DNA of 64,000 bases from Rhodospirillales bacterium (GCA_965247705.1 CBDFHV010000067.1:14116-78115); one strand, 5' to 3'; numbered from the stretch's first letter, positions 39,879-49,058 are shown. Program-made: numbers and translations. The notes: generated by a model from the sequence alone, not told the origin.

Positions 39879-40682
39879 ATGTGGAGACACAACGCCAGGG
39901 TCTATTTGGTCGGCGCCGGTCCGGGAGACCCGGACCTGCTGACGGTCAAGGCCCTGCGCCTGATCCAGCAAGCCGACGTCATCGTTTACGACCGCCTGGT
40001 CTCGGAAGAGATCCTCGATCTGATTCCGGTCGGCACCGCCCGCATTTTCGTCGGCAAGGCCGCCGGCCAGCATCACATGCCCCAGGAGGACATCAACGAT
40101 CTTCTGGTTCGCCTGGCCCGGACCGGACACCGGGTCGTCCGCCTCAAGGGGGGCGATCCTTTCGTGTTTGGCCGCGGCAGCGAGGAAGCCGCGTATTTGA
40201 CGCGCCATGGCATCGGTGTTGCCGTGGTGCCGGGGATTACCGCCGCTTCGGGCGTCAGCGCCGCCACCGGGATACCCCTGACCCACCGCGGTTACGCGAC
40301 GGGCGTGCGGTTCGTCACCGGTCATTGCCGCGCCGGGACGGCATTGGATCTGGACTGGAAGTCACTGGCCGATCCGGACACGACATTGATCATCTACATG
40401 GGATTGGCCCATCTGCCGGAGATTGCCCATCAGTTGGCCGCGGCGGGATTGTCGCCGCAAACGCCGGCCGCGGCGGTCTCCCGGGGCACCACCCGGGATC
40501 AGCAAGTCTGCGCGGCGACCCTGGAGACCATGTCGGAGGCGGTGGCGAAAGCCGTATTGCCAAGCCCCACCCTTATCATCGTTGGACAGGTGGTTAGCCT
40601 GGCGGACGTTCTCGACCTGGCGACCGATTTTGCCGAGCCGGCGGTTACCCAGTCCCCAGAGGCGGCCCGTGCGTTCGCGTAG
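39879..40682 (+). CDS. nirE: uroporphyrinogen-III C-methyltransferase (SUMT) of the heme d1 pathway
   Basis: VYLVGAGPGDPDLLTVKA and VVRLKGGDPFVFGRG motifs. Purine-rich RBS (GGAGAGGGGAGG) upstream of ATG 39879. Confidence 0.85.
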   Translation: MWRHNARVYLVGAGPGDPDLLTVKALRLIQQADVIVYDRLVSEEILDLIPVGTARIFVGKAAGQHHMPQEDINDLLVRLARTGHRVVRLKGGDPFVFGRGSEEAAYLTRHGIGVAVVPGITAASGVSAATGIPLTHRGYATGVRFVTGHCRAGTALDLDWKSLADPDTTLIIYMGLAHLPEIAHQLAAAGLSPQTPAAAVSRGTTRDQQVCAATLETMSEAVAKAVLPSPTLIIVGQVVSLADVLDLATDFAEPAVTQSPEAARAFA

Positions 40683-40995
40683 CCTCATCGCGGCCGCCCT
40701 GCTGGTCTTCGCGGTCACCGGCATGTCGCGGGCGGACGTGCCGCCCGAACGCCAGGAAGCGTTGGCCCACCTGTTGAAGCACGATTGCGGCTCCTGCCAC
40801 GGCATGACCCGAAAAGGGGGCCTGGGGAAACCTCTCCTGGCGCCGGCCCTGGCGGAGAAGACCGACGCCGACCTGATGGAGATCATCCTCGACGGGGTTC
40901 CGGGCACGCCCATGCCTCCATGGCGGCCGCTGCTCAGCGACGACGATGCCGCCTGGCTGGTCCGTGCCCTGCGCCAGGAGGCGGCCACCCCATGA
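40669..40995 (+). CDS. nirC: cytochrome c55X
   Basis: A GTG start at 40669 gives the signal peptide RSLIAAALLVFAVTGMSRA. Single CGSCHG heme site. 108 aa. Confidence 0.75.
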   Translation: MRSRSLIAAALLVFAVTGMSRADVPPERQEALAHLLKHDCGSCHGMTRKGGLGKPLLAPALAEKTDADLMEIILDGVPGTPMPPWRPLLSDDDAAWLVRALRQEAATP

Positions 40996-42173
40996 GCCCG
41001 CTGCGCGCCCTGGCCTTCGCAGGCGTGGCGCTGCTGACGGCGGTCTCGGCTATTGCGGGGGAGCTTCGTGGCACCGGCGACATGGGCCTGGTGGTGGAAC
41101 GGGCCGGCGGCTCGGTGCAAATCGTCGATACCACCGCCCGCGCGGCCCTTGGCCGGGTCGAGGGCCTGGGCGATCTCAGTCACGCCTCCGTTGTCTTTTC
41201 CCGGGACGGGCGCTACGGCTTCGTCTTCGGCCGAGATGGCGGACTGACCAAGGTCGACCTGCTGACTCGAACCATCGCCCGGCGAATCGTCCAGGCGGGC
41301 AACAGCATCGGCGGCGCCATCTCCCAGGATGGCCGGCTGGTGGCGGTGTCCAATTACGAACCCGGCGGCGTTAATGTGTTCGACAGCGATACCTTGGCCC
41401 TGGTCGCCGACATCTCCGCCGTTTCCGGCCGCAACGGCAACCCGTCGAAAGTGGTGGGCCTGGTGGATGCCCCGGGGCAACGCTTCGTCTTCAGCCTGTT
41501 CGAGGCCGGCGAGATCTGGGTTGCTGACCTGACCAATCCGCTTGCGCCCCAATTACGAAAATTCCCGGACGCCGGGATCCAACCCTATGACGCCCTGATC
41601 ACGCCCAACGGACGCTACTACCTGGCGGGTCTGTTCGGCGAGGACGGGCTGACCCTTCTCGACCTGTGGAACCCGGACGGGGGGACGCGCCGCGTGCTGT
41701 CCGGATATGGCCGGGGCGAGACGCCTCTGCCGGTCTACAAGATGCCGCACCTGGAAGGCTGGACTATCGCCGGCGGCGAAGCGTTCGTCCCCGCGGTCGG
41801 CCGCCACGAGGTGCTGGCCATCGACACCGCGACCTGGGCGCAGGCCGGCCGCATCCCGGTGCATGGCCAGCCGGTTTTTGTCATGGCCCAGCCGGACGGC
41901 CGGCGGCTGTGGGTCAATTTCGCCCTGCCCCACAACGACATCGTCCAGGTGATCGACGTGCCGAGCCGGCGGATCGTCCGTACCATGAAGCCGGGCCGTG
42001 GCGTCCTGCACATGGAGTTCACCCCCCGGGGCGAGGCGGTCTGGGTCTCGGTCCGGGACGGGGACAAAGTGGTGGTCTACGACACCGAAAGCGGCCGGGC
42101 GCTGGCCGAAATTCCAGCTGCCAAGCCGAGCGGGATCTTCTTCACCGCCCGCGCCCATCGCACCGGGCTTTGA
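40992..42173 (+). CDS. nirF: heme d1 biosynthesis protein NirF (cd1-propeller-like)
   Basis: ATGA coupling to nirC, a signal peptide, and a NirS-like propeller without a heme c domain. Confidence 0.85.
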   Translation: MSPLRALAFAGVALLTAVSAIAGELRGTGDMGLVVERAGGSVQIVDTTARAALGRVEGLGDLSHASVVFSRDGRYGFVFGRDGGLTKVDLLTRTIARRIVQAGNSIGGAISQDGRLVAVSNYEPGGVNVFDSDTLALVADISAVSGRNGNPSKVVGLVDAPGQRFVFSLFEAGEIWVADLTNPLAPQLRKFPDAGIQPYDALITPNGRYYLAGLFGEDGLTLLDLWNPDGGTRRVLSGYGRGETPLPVYKMPHLEGWTIAGGEAFVPAVGRHEVLAIDTATWAQAGRIPVHGQPVFVMAQPDGRRLWVNFALPHNDIVQVIDVPSRRIVRTMKPGRGVLHMEFTPRGEAVWVSVRDGDKVVVYDTESGRALAEIPAAKPSGIFFTARAHRTGL

Positions 42174-42175
42174 CC

Positions 42176-42655
42176 ATGTCGCCCGTGGAGAAACGCCTCG
42201 TCGACGACTACCAGCGGGGACTGCCACTGACGCCCCGTCCCTTCGCCGACATCGCCGACAACCTGGGTGTTTCAGAGGCCGACGTACTGTCGGCGTTGGA
42301 CCGCATGAGGGGGGCCGGTGTCCTCAGCCGTGTCGGTGCGGTTGTGCGGCCCAACACAATGGGCGCCAGCACCCTCGTCGCCTTGGCCGTGGCCGAAGAA
42401 CGGCTGGAAGCCGTGGCCGCCTTGGTCAACGAATACGACGAGGTCAACCACAACTATGAGCGCGAGGGCGCGTTCAATCTGTGGTTCGTCGCCGCCGCCG
42501 CCGATGAGAGACGTCTCGCCGAGGTGCTGGCGGATATTGAATGCCGGACGGGCTTCGATCTGCTCAACCTGCCTTTGGAACGTCCCTACCACCTGGACCT
42601 GGGATTCCCGGTGCAGTGGAGTTGGAAGCCGAGGACCGAGGCCGGGCGGGTCTGA
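42176..42655 (+). CDS. nirD: siroheme decarboxylase subunit NirD (AsnC/Lrp-like)
   Basis: N-terminus RLVDDYQRGLPLTPRPF and the internal NHNYER block, shared with NirL/G/H. Confidence 0.8.
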   Translation: MSPVEKRLVDDYQRGLPLTPRPFADIADNLGVSEADVLSALDRMRGAGVLSRVGAVVRPNTMGASTLVALAVAEERLEAVAALVNEYDEVNHNYEREGAFNLWFVAAAADERRLAEVLADIECRTGFDLLNLPLERPYHLDLGFPVQWSWKPRTEAGRV

Positions 42656-42665
42656 GACCCGCCCG
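42643..42665 (+). other. perfect 10-bp GC hairpin with the nirD stop codon as its loop
   Basis: CGGGCGGGTC-TGA-GACCCGCCCG read directly. Near-identical in design to the hairpin at 21434-21454. Confidence 0.8.
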
Positions 42666-42689
42666 CTTCACACGTTTGGACTACCAAGA

Positions 42690-43175
42690 AAAGATCGCGA
42701 TGTCGCCGCCGTTCTGGCCGAAGGGCTGCCATTGGTAACGCGCCCCTACCAGGCCCTTGGGGAACGGCTGGGCCTGGCCGAAGCGGATGTTATCGACGGC
42801 GTCCGGCGGCTGCTGGACGCCGGCGTGGTCAAGCGCCTGGGGCTGGTGGTGCGCCATCGGCGGCTCGGCTACCGGTCCAATGCCATGGTGGTGTGGGACA
42901 TCCCCAACGCGGACGTGGACGCGGTGGGTGGGCGCATGGGCGCCTGCGATGGCGTCACACTGTGCTACCGGCGGCCCCGGCGGCCGCCGCGCTGGCCCTA
43001 CAACCTCTTTTGCATGATCCATGGCAAGGACCGGGAGCGGGTGCTGGCGCAGGTGGACGCGGTGGCCCGGGTTTGCGATATCGCCGATCGTCCCCGCCGG
43101 GTGCTGTTCAGTCGCCGCTGCTTCCGCCAGCGGGGCGCCCGCTACGGCGATGGCGGCGGGCGGAGGGCGGCATGA
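42690..43175 (+). CDS. nirL: siroheme decarboxylase subunit NirL; start codon unresolved
   Basis: The conserved N-terminus KDRDVAAVLAEGLPLVTRPY and CYRRPRRPPRWPYNLFCMIHG align with NirD/G/H. No ATG/GTG/TTG lies in frame between 42505 and 42731, so coordinates mark the homology-supported region. Confidence 0.65.
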   Translation, partial: KDRDVAAVLAEGLPLVTRPYQALGERLGLAEADVIDGVRRLLDAGVVKRLGLVVRHRRLGYRSNAMVVWDIPNADVDAVGGRMGACDGVTLCYRRPRRPPRWPYNLFCMIHGKDRERVLAQVDAVARVCDIADRPRRVLFSRRCFRQRGARYGDGGGRRAA

Positions 43176-43630
43176 CCCGGCGCGACCTCGACGACACGGA
43201 CAGGGCCCTGATCAACGGACTCCAGGGCGGGTTTCCCATCGAGGACCGGCCGTTTCGTGCCGTCGGCGACCGCTTCGGCCTGAGCGAAGAGGAAACCATC
43301 GCCCGCATCCGCCGGCTGGTGGAAGACGGCTCGCTGAGCCGCTTCGGCCCCCTGTTCGACGCCGAACGCATCGGCGGCGCCGTGACCCTGGCCGCCATGG
43401 CCGTACCGGCATCGGAGTTCGAGCGGGTGGCGGCGGCGGTCAACGGGTTTTCCGAGGTGGCCCACAACTACGCCCGGGATCACCAGCTCAACATGTGGTT
43501 CGTGGTCTCCTCGGACGATCCGTCCCGCATCGCCCATGTGATCGCCGAGATCGAGGCGGCTGTGGGGCTGCCCGTCCATGACATGCCGAAGCAGGAAGAA
43601 TTCTACGTCGGACTGAGGCTGACCGCATGA
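43172..43630 (+). CDS. nirG: siroheme decarboxylase subunit NirG
   Basis: ATGA coupling. DRALINGLQGGFPIEDRPF and AHNYARDHQLNMWFV blocks. Confidence 0.8.
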   Translation: MTRRDLDDTDRALINGLQGGFPIEDRPFRAVGDRFGLSEEETIARIRRLVEDGSLSRFGPLFDAERIGGAVTLAAMAVPASEFERVAAAVNGFSEVAHNYARDHQLNMWFVVSSDDPSRIAHVIAEIEAAVGLPVHDMPKQEEFYVGLRLTA

Positions 43631-44109
43631 GCGCCCTCGATCCCACCGACCGCCGCATCGTCGTCGCCCTCCAGGGTGGCCTGCCCCTGGTGGCGGAACC
43701 CTACCGGGCGGTGGCCACGGACCTGGGCCTGTCGACGGCGGACCTGATGGCCCGCCTGCGCCGCCTGCGGGCCACGGGCGCCATCCGGCGGATCGGCGCC
43801 GTGCCCAACCACTACGCCCTCGGCTACCGGGCCAACGGCATGTCCGTCTGGGATGTCGCCGACGAGCGGGTGGGATTCGTCGGGCCGCTGGTGGGGGCCT
43901 TGGACTACGTCAGTCATTGCTATCGGCGGCCGCGCCATCCGCCCCACTGGCCCTACAACCTGTTCGCCATGGTCCACGGACACGACCGGGAGACCGTGGA
44001 ACGCCATGTGGCCGCCATCGCCGAAATTCTGGGGCCCGACCAGCGGCGCCACGAGGTGCTCTACAGCACTCGAAACCTGAAGAAGACCGGCCTGCGGCTG
44101 GCGGCATAG
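43627..44109 (+). CDS. nirH: siroheme decarboxylase subunit NirH
   Basis: ATGA coupling. DRRIVVALQGGLPLVAEPY and CYRRPRHPPHWPYNLFAMVHG blocks. Confidence 0.8.
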   Translation: MSALDPTDRRIVVALQGGLPLVAEPYRAVATDLGLSTADLMARLRRLRATGAIRRIGAVPNHYALGYRANGMSVWDVADERVGFVGPLVGALDYVSHCYRRPRHPPHWPYNLFAMVHGHDRETVERHVAAIAEILGPDQRRHEVLYSTRNLKKTGLRLAA

Positions 44110-44120
44110 GGAGAGAGATC

Positions 44121-45329
44121 ATGTTCCGCCTCAGCCATTTCGTCCGCGAGGTCCTGGCGCCGACGCCGCTCCGGCCCCGCCGCGCACCGCCCGGTCCGGT
44201 GGTGATCTGGAACCTGATCCGCCGCTGCAACCTGACCTGCAAACACTGCTACGCCCTGGCGGTGGACAAGCCGTTCCCCGGCGAACTGTCCACCGACGAG
44301 GTTTTTGCGGTGATGGACGACCTCAAGGCCTTTCGCGTGCCGGTCCTCATCCTGTCCGGCGGCGAGACCCTGCTGCGCCCCGATATCCACGCCGTCGCCC
44401 AGCGGGCCAAGGCGATGGGCTTCTACGTCGGCCTGTCCACCAACGGCACCCTGATCGATCGCGGCAACATCGGCGAGATCGTCCGCGTGGGCTACGACTA
44501 CGTCGGCATCAGCATCGATGGCATGCGCCAGACCCACGACAGCTTCCGCCGCCTGGAAGGGGGGTTCGACCTGGCCCTGCGCGGCGTCCGTCTGTGCCGC
44601 GATGAAGGCATCAAGGTGGGCCTGCGCTTTACCATCACCCAGGACAATGCGGCCGAGCTACCGGCCATGCTCGACCTGCTGGACATCGAGGACATCGACA
44701 AGTTCTACCTGTCCCACCTCAACTACGCCGGGCGGGGCAACCACAACCGCAAGGACGACGCCATGGGGACCATGACCCGCGAGGCCATGGACCTGCTGTT
44801 CGAGCGTTGCCTGGCCGACCTCTCGGCCGGCCGCGAGCGGGAATACGTCACCGGTAACAACGACGCCGACGGAGCCTATTTCCTGATGTGGGTGGCGCGG
44901 CGCTTCCCCCATCGGGTCGAGCACATCCGTGGTCTGCTGGAACGCTGGGGCGGCAACGCCTCCGGCCTCAACGTCGCCAACATCGACAATGTGGGCGACG
45001 TCCACCCCGATACCATGTGGTGGCGCCATACCATTGGCAACGTGCGCCGGCGCCCGTTCTCGGAGATCTGGGACGACACTTCCGATCCCCTGATGACGGG
45101 CCTGAAACGCCAGCCGAGGCCGGTCACGGGCCGCTGCGGCGCCTGCCGCTATCTCGCCATTTGTGGCGGCAATACCCGAGTCCGAGCCCAACAGGTGACC
45201 GGGGATCCGTGGGCCGAGGACCCGGCCTGCTACCTGGACGACGGGGAAATCGGCGTCGAGGCCGGACCCCGCGTGGCGGTGACGCCGTTTCGCTCGCGCA
45301 CGACGGGACAGCGCACATGGGCCGCCTGA
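44121..45329 (+). CDS. nirJ: radical SAM heme d1 biosynthesis protein NirJ
   Basis: CNLTCKHC radical-SAM cluster motif. C-terminal SPASM-like Cys (CGACRYLAICGG). Confidence 0.9.
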   Translation: MFRLSHFVREVLAPTPLRPRRAPPGPVVIWNLIRRCNLTCKHCYALAVDKPFPGELSTDEVFAVMDDLKAFRVPVLILSGGETLLRPDIHAVAQRAKAMGFYVGLSTNGTLIDRGNIGEIVRVGYDYVGISIDGMRQTHDSFRRLEGGFDLALRGVRLCRDEGIKVGLRFTITQDNAAELPAMLDLLDIEDIDKFYLSHLNYAGRGNHNRKDDAMGTMTREAMDLLFERCLADLSAGREREYVTGNNDADGAYFLMWVARRFPHRVEHIRGLLERWGGNASGLNVANIDNVGDVHPDTMWWRHTIGNVRRRPFSEIWDDTSDPLMTGLKRQPRPVTGRCGACRYLAICGGNTRVRAQQVTGDPWAEDPACYLDDGEIGVEAGPRVAVTPFRSRTTGQRTWAA

Positions 45330-46870
45330 GCGCCTTCGCGTTCGCCCTCCTGGCATGGCCGGTTTTCGCCGCCACGGCCCAGGAGGCGCGTACCCTCTAT
45401 GCCACCCACTGTCAGGAATGCCATGGCCCGGGACGCCTCGGCGCCATCGGGCCGGCGCTTCTGCCGGAGAACCTGGGCCGCCTGAAGCCTAAATCGGCCG
45501 CCCAGGTCATCGCTGTCGGGCGCCCCGCGACCCAGATGCCGGCCTTCGCCGAGGTTCTCTCGGCAACCGAGATCGGCGCCCTGGTCAATTTCGTGTTTAC
45601 GCCGCTCCCCGCCGTTCCCCAGTGGGGCATGGCGGAGATCGCTGGCAGCCGGACGGTGGCCAACCCCGTCGCCAGCCTACCGAACCGGCCCGTCCATGGG
45701 GCCGACCCCTTGAACCTCTTTACCGTGGTCGAGACCGGGGACCACCACGTCACCATCCTCGACGGCGACCGGTTCGAGCCCCTGATCCGCTTTCCCACCC
45801 GCTTCGCGCTTCACGGCGGCGCCAAGTATTCCCCCGACGGCCGGTTCGTCTATCTGGCCTCCCGGGACGGCTGGGTGAGCACCTTCGACCTCCATTCCCG
45901 CAAGCCCGTGGCCGAGGTGCGGGTGGGCATCAACAGCCGCAACATCGCGGTCTCCGGCGACGGCCGCTACGTGATGGCGGCCAACATGCTGCCCCACAGC
46001 TTGGTGGTGCTGGAGGCGCCCGAACTGAAGCCCCTGAAAGTGATCCCGGTCGGCGACGGCAACGGCGTCAGTTCGCGGGTCAGCGCGGTCTATGCCGCGG
46101 CCCCGCGGCAGAGCTTCGTCGTCGCCCTGAAGGATCTGCCCGAGGTGTGGGAGATGTCCTACGCCGACAATCCCCGTCCCGTCGCCCGTGGCCTGGTACA
46201 CAGTCACCAGCCGGGCATGGTGGAGGGATTTTTCGAAACCGGACCCTTCCCGGTGCGGCGGATCAAGCTCGACGACTACCTGGACGACTTTTTCTTCGAC
46301 CAATCCTACCGCCTGCTGGTGGGCGCCGCCCGCGACGCCCGCAACGGGCAGGTGGTCAACATGAACGTCGGCCGCAAGGTGGCTGATGTGGCCCTCGGCG
46401 GCATGCCGCACCTGGGCTCCGGTATCACCTTCACCTATCGGGGCCGCAAGGTGCTGGCCACGCCCCACCTGCGGGAAGCGGCCGTCAGCGTCATCGACAT
46501 GACGACCTGGGAGACCATCAAGCAAATCGACACGCTGGGTCCTGGCTTCTTCATGCGCAGCCACGAGAACACGCCCTACGCCTGGGTGGACGTGTTCTTC
46601 GGTCCCCACCGGGATGCCCTTCATGTGATCGACAAGCGCAGCTTGCAGATCGTCCGCACCCTGCGCCCGGCCCCGGGCAAGACGGCGGCCCACGTGGAAT
46701 TCACCCGCGACGGCAGCCACGCCCTGGTCAGCATCTGGGACATGGATGGGGCGCTGGTGGTCTACGACGCCGCCACCCTCGAAGAAGTGAAGCGCATCCC
46801 CATGCGCAAGCCATCGGGAAAGTACAATGTCCATAACAAGATCACCCGGTCCGCGGGAACCAGCCACTGA
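45317..46870 (+). CDS. nirN: dihydro-heme d1 dehydrogenase NirN (cd1-like c-type cytochrome)
   Basis: Signal peptide, CQECHG heme c site, and a NirS/NirF-like propeller. Confidence 0.85.
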   Translation: MGRLSAFAFALLAWPVFAATAQEARTLYATHCQECHGPGRLGAIGPALLPENLGRLKPKSAAQVIAVGRPATQMPAFAEVLSATEIGALVNFVFTPLPAVPQWGMAEIAGSRTVANPVASLPNRPVHGADPLNLFTVVETGDHHVTILDGDRFEPLIRFPTRFALHGGAKYSPDGRFVYLASRDGWVSTFDLHSRKPVAEVRVGINSRNIAVSGDGRYVMAANMLPHSLVVLEAPELKPLKVIPVGDGNGVSSRVSAVYAAAPRQSFVVALKDLPEVWEMSYADNPRPVARGLVHSHQPGMVEGFFETGPFPVRRIKLDDYLDDFFFDQSYRLLVGAARDARNGQVVNMNVGRKVADVALGGMPHLGSGITFTYRGRKVLATPHLREAAVSVIDMTTWETIKQIDTLGPGFFMRSHENTPYAWVDVFFGPHRDALHVIDKRSLQIVRTLRPAPGKTAAHVEFTRDGSHALVSIWDMDGALVVYDAATLEEVKRIPMRKPSGKYNVHNKITRSAGTSH

Positions 46871-47615
46871 CCGCTTTCCGTGGCGTCACGCCGGCCTGAT
46901 TCTGGTCGCCCACGGCTCCGAAGCCGACGGCGGCGCCAACGCCGGCCTGGCCCGTCATGTGGCGGCGCTGCGGGAGCGGCACCTGTTCGCCGGCGTGGTC
47001 GGCGCGGCGCTCTACGGCAAGCCGGACCCGGTCGATGCGATGGGCCATATTCGCGCGCCCGTCGCCTTTGTGGCGCCCCTGTTAATGTGCGACGGCATGT
47101 TCGTTCGCGAGGTCCTTCCGGCCCGCTTCGAGCGCAACGGCATTGGGGAGACCGGGCCCCGGTTGTGGGCCTGCCCGCCACTGGGCGAGAACCCGGCCTT
47201 GAGCGGCCTGATCGCGCGCCGGGCCGCCCGAATGGCGATTGGGGACGGCATCGTGCCCGGTGACTGCGCCCTGCTGTTGATCGCTCACGGCTCTTCGCGG
47301 GACGGTGCTTCGTGCCGTGCCGCTCGGGCGCAAGCCCGGCGGCTGCGAAGCCTGTGCATGTTCGCGTCGGTCGAGACCGCATTCCTGGATCAGGTCCCTC
47401 ACCTGGATGACGTGTTGGCCCGCCTCCGTGGTCCGCTTGTGGTCGTCGGGCTGTTCGCCGATGCCGGCGCCCACGCCGCGGTGGACGTGCCGTCCCTTCT
47501 GGCCCGCCACGGCCGTGACGGGGCGCCGCACCTGCCGGCCATCGGCACGGACGATGAGATTCCCGACCTGATTGTCCACCAGGTGACGCGGCTCGAAGGA
47601 TCTTTCAGGCCGTAG
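46827..47615 (+). CDS. cbiX: two-domain CbiX-type (sirohydro)chlorin chelatase
   Basis: Duplicated chelatase halves, each with an AHGS motif (LILVAHGSEADG and LLLIAHGSSRDG). Overlaps nirN by 44 nt. Confidence 0.65.
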   Translation: MSITRSPGPREPATDRFPWRHAGLILVAHGSEADGGANAGLARHVAALRERHLFAGVVGAALYGKPDPVDAMGHIRAPVAFVAPLLMCDGMFVREVLPARFERNGIGETGPRLWACPPLGENPALSGLIARRAARMAIGDGIVPGDCALLLIAHGSSRDGASCRAARAQARRLRSLCMFASVETAFLDQVPHLDDVLARLRGPLVVVGLFADAGAHAAVDVPSLLARHGRDGAPHLPAIGTDDEIPDLIVHQVTRLEGSFRP

Positions 47616-48084
47616 ACGTAGCGGCCGGTCGGCAACCAACACCGGAACGGCTTCGCCACATGGCCTGGGCGGCGATGCACGCCGGCGACAGGTCCTCCTC
47701 CCCCGCTTTGCCGTCCCCAACCCAGGCCACCCGACAGGGCTTGAGCGGATTGCGCTGGGCCTCGCCGCCGCCGCCCTTGAAGATCAGCGCCCGGGGCTGG
47801 ACCAGGGTTCGGGCAACCGCCTGCTGCACCGCGCGGTAGGGGGGTGGAAGACGCCGAGAAGCTGACAGGGCGCCGCCAGGGGATTGAGCGATCGCGCCAG
47901 GCTGTTGACCACCGTGCGGACTCCCAGAACGGGCCGCAACCCGAACAGCGTCGCCAGGTGCGGGCACAGGCTCTCCAGCCCCAGATAGGCGATGTTGTGC
48001 CGCTCAAGTTCTCTGGTGGCGCCGCCTCCTGCCGAGGGAACGGGAAAAGCGATCGTATGGGGTCGGGAATTGCGATGGGGGGCA
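47605..48084 (-). pseudogene. TrpD2/YbiB-like (glycosyltransferase family 3) gene remnant, frameshifted and truncated at both ends
   Basis: One frame reads ...LGVRTVVNSLARSLNPLAAPCQLLGVFHPP. The continuation YRAVQQAVARTLVQPRALIFKGGGGE is in another frame, and the shift maps to the G6 run at 47839-47844. Only about 160 codons fit between the flanking genes. Confidence 0.5.
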
Positions 48085-49029
48085 CTAGGCGGTCTTGGCC
48101 AGGTCGCCTTCCAGGACGCCGGCTTCGACCAGAATCGCCCGCAGTTGTGCGGTTTCCTCGCCCGTCAACGGCTTGACGTGCTCGCGCGGCTCGCCGCCGG
48201 GGACGCCGATCATTTTCATCGCCGCCTTGATGCCGGCAGGCGGGATGCCCACCGACCACATGAGGGCGTCCGACACCATGCCGTAGCGGCAGTGCAGGTC
48301 CATGCGCGCCTTGGGCGACATCTCGTGGACGCCGAAGAACAGCCGGCGGCAGTCGCCGCCGAACAGCTCCGGCCCGGTGCCGACGAACCCGCCGCCGCCC
48401 ATCAGCAGGGACGGCACCAGGGTATCCTTGTGACCGTAGAGCACCGGCACCCGGTCCCCCACCTCGACGATCATCCGCTTGATGTGGTCGAAGTCGGTGG
48501 GCACATCCTTGACCACCTCCACCGGCGCCACGTCGCAGATGGCGCGCATGTGCTCCGGCGTGATGCTGTAGTGGGACAGTTGGGACAGGTTGTAGACCAT
48601 CATCGGCAGGGGCACGGCCCTGGCCACGGTGGCGAACCGGTCGCGCACCACCTCCGGCGAGGAGTCGTAGATCTGTGGCTGGCCGAGGGCGATGCCGTAG
48701 GCCCCGTTCTCGGCCGCAATCTCGGCCCGGCGGATGCATTCTCGGGTCGGCGTGCGGGTAACGTGGACGTAGAAGGGGATCTTGCCGTCGATGGTCTTGG
48801 CGGCGGTGGCCGTGACCTGGCCCAGTTCATGATCGTCGATGGCGTAGCCTTCGCCGTTGCAGCCGGCGATCAGCATGGTGTCCACCTGGACCACGTCCAG
48901 GTGATAGCGCAGCACGCGGGCGAAGTCGTCGAGCAGAAGCTCGCCCGTCGGGCTGAACGGCGTGACCGGGGCGGGGCTGTGGATCTGATTCTTGAACGGC
49001 GACTGGGAGTAGGTCTTTTCCATGGGCAT
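48085..49029 (-). CDS. DapA/DHDPS-family lyase
   Basis: APVTPFS, IAGCNGEG and MMVYN family blocks. 314 aa. Confidence 0.75.
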   Translation of the reverse strand: MPMEKTYSQSPFKNQIHSPAPVTPFSPTGELLLDDFARVLRYHLDVVQVDTMLIAGCNGEGYAIDDHELGQVTATAAKTIDGKIPFYVHVTRTPTRECIRRAEIAAENGAYGIALGQPQIYDSSPEVVRDRFATVARAVPLPMMVYNLSQLSHYSITPEHMRAICDVAPVEVVKDVPTDFDHIKRMIVEVGDRVPVLYGHKDTLVPSLLMGGGGFVGTGPELFGGDCRRLFFGVHEMSPKARMDLHCRYGMVSDALMWSVGIPPAGIKAAMKMIGVPGGEPREHVKPLTGEETAQLRAILVEAGVLEGDLAKTA

Positions 49030-49058
49030 GACGGTTTCTCCAGGGACGGCGGTTTCCC

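Noticed and set aside
42650-42657. Programmed +1 frameshift at the nirD stop (GUC UGA G), analogous to prfB, to make a NirD-NirL fusion.
   Set aside because: The P-site codon GUC cannot re-pair in the +1 frame (UCU). There is no slippery sequence and no upstream Shine-Dalgarno-like stimulator. An indel, a non-canonical start or an element insertion are more economical explanations. The frame relationship is still reported as a finding.
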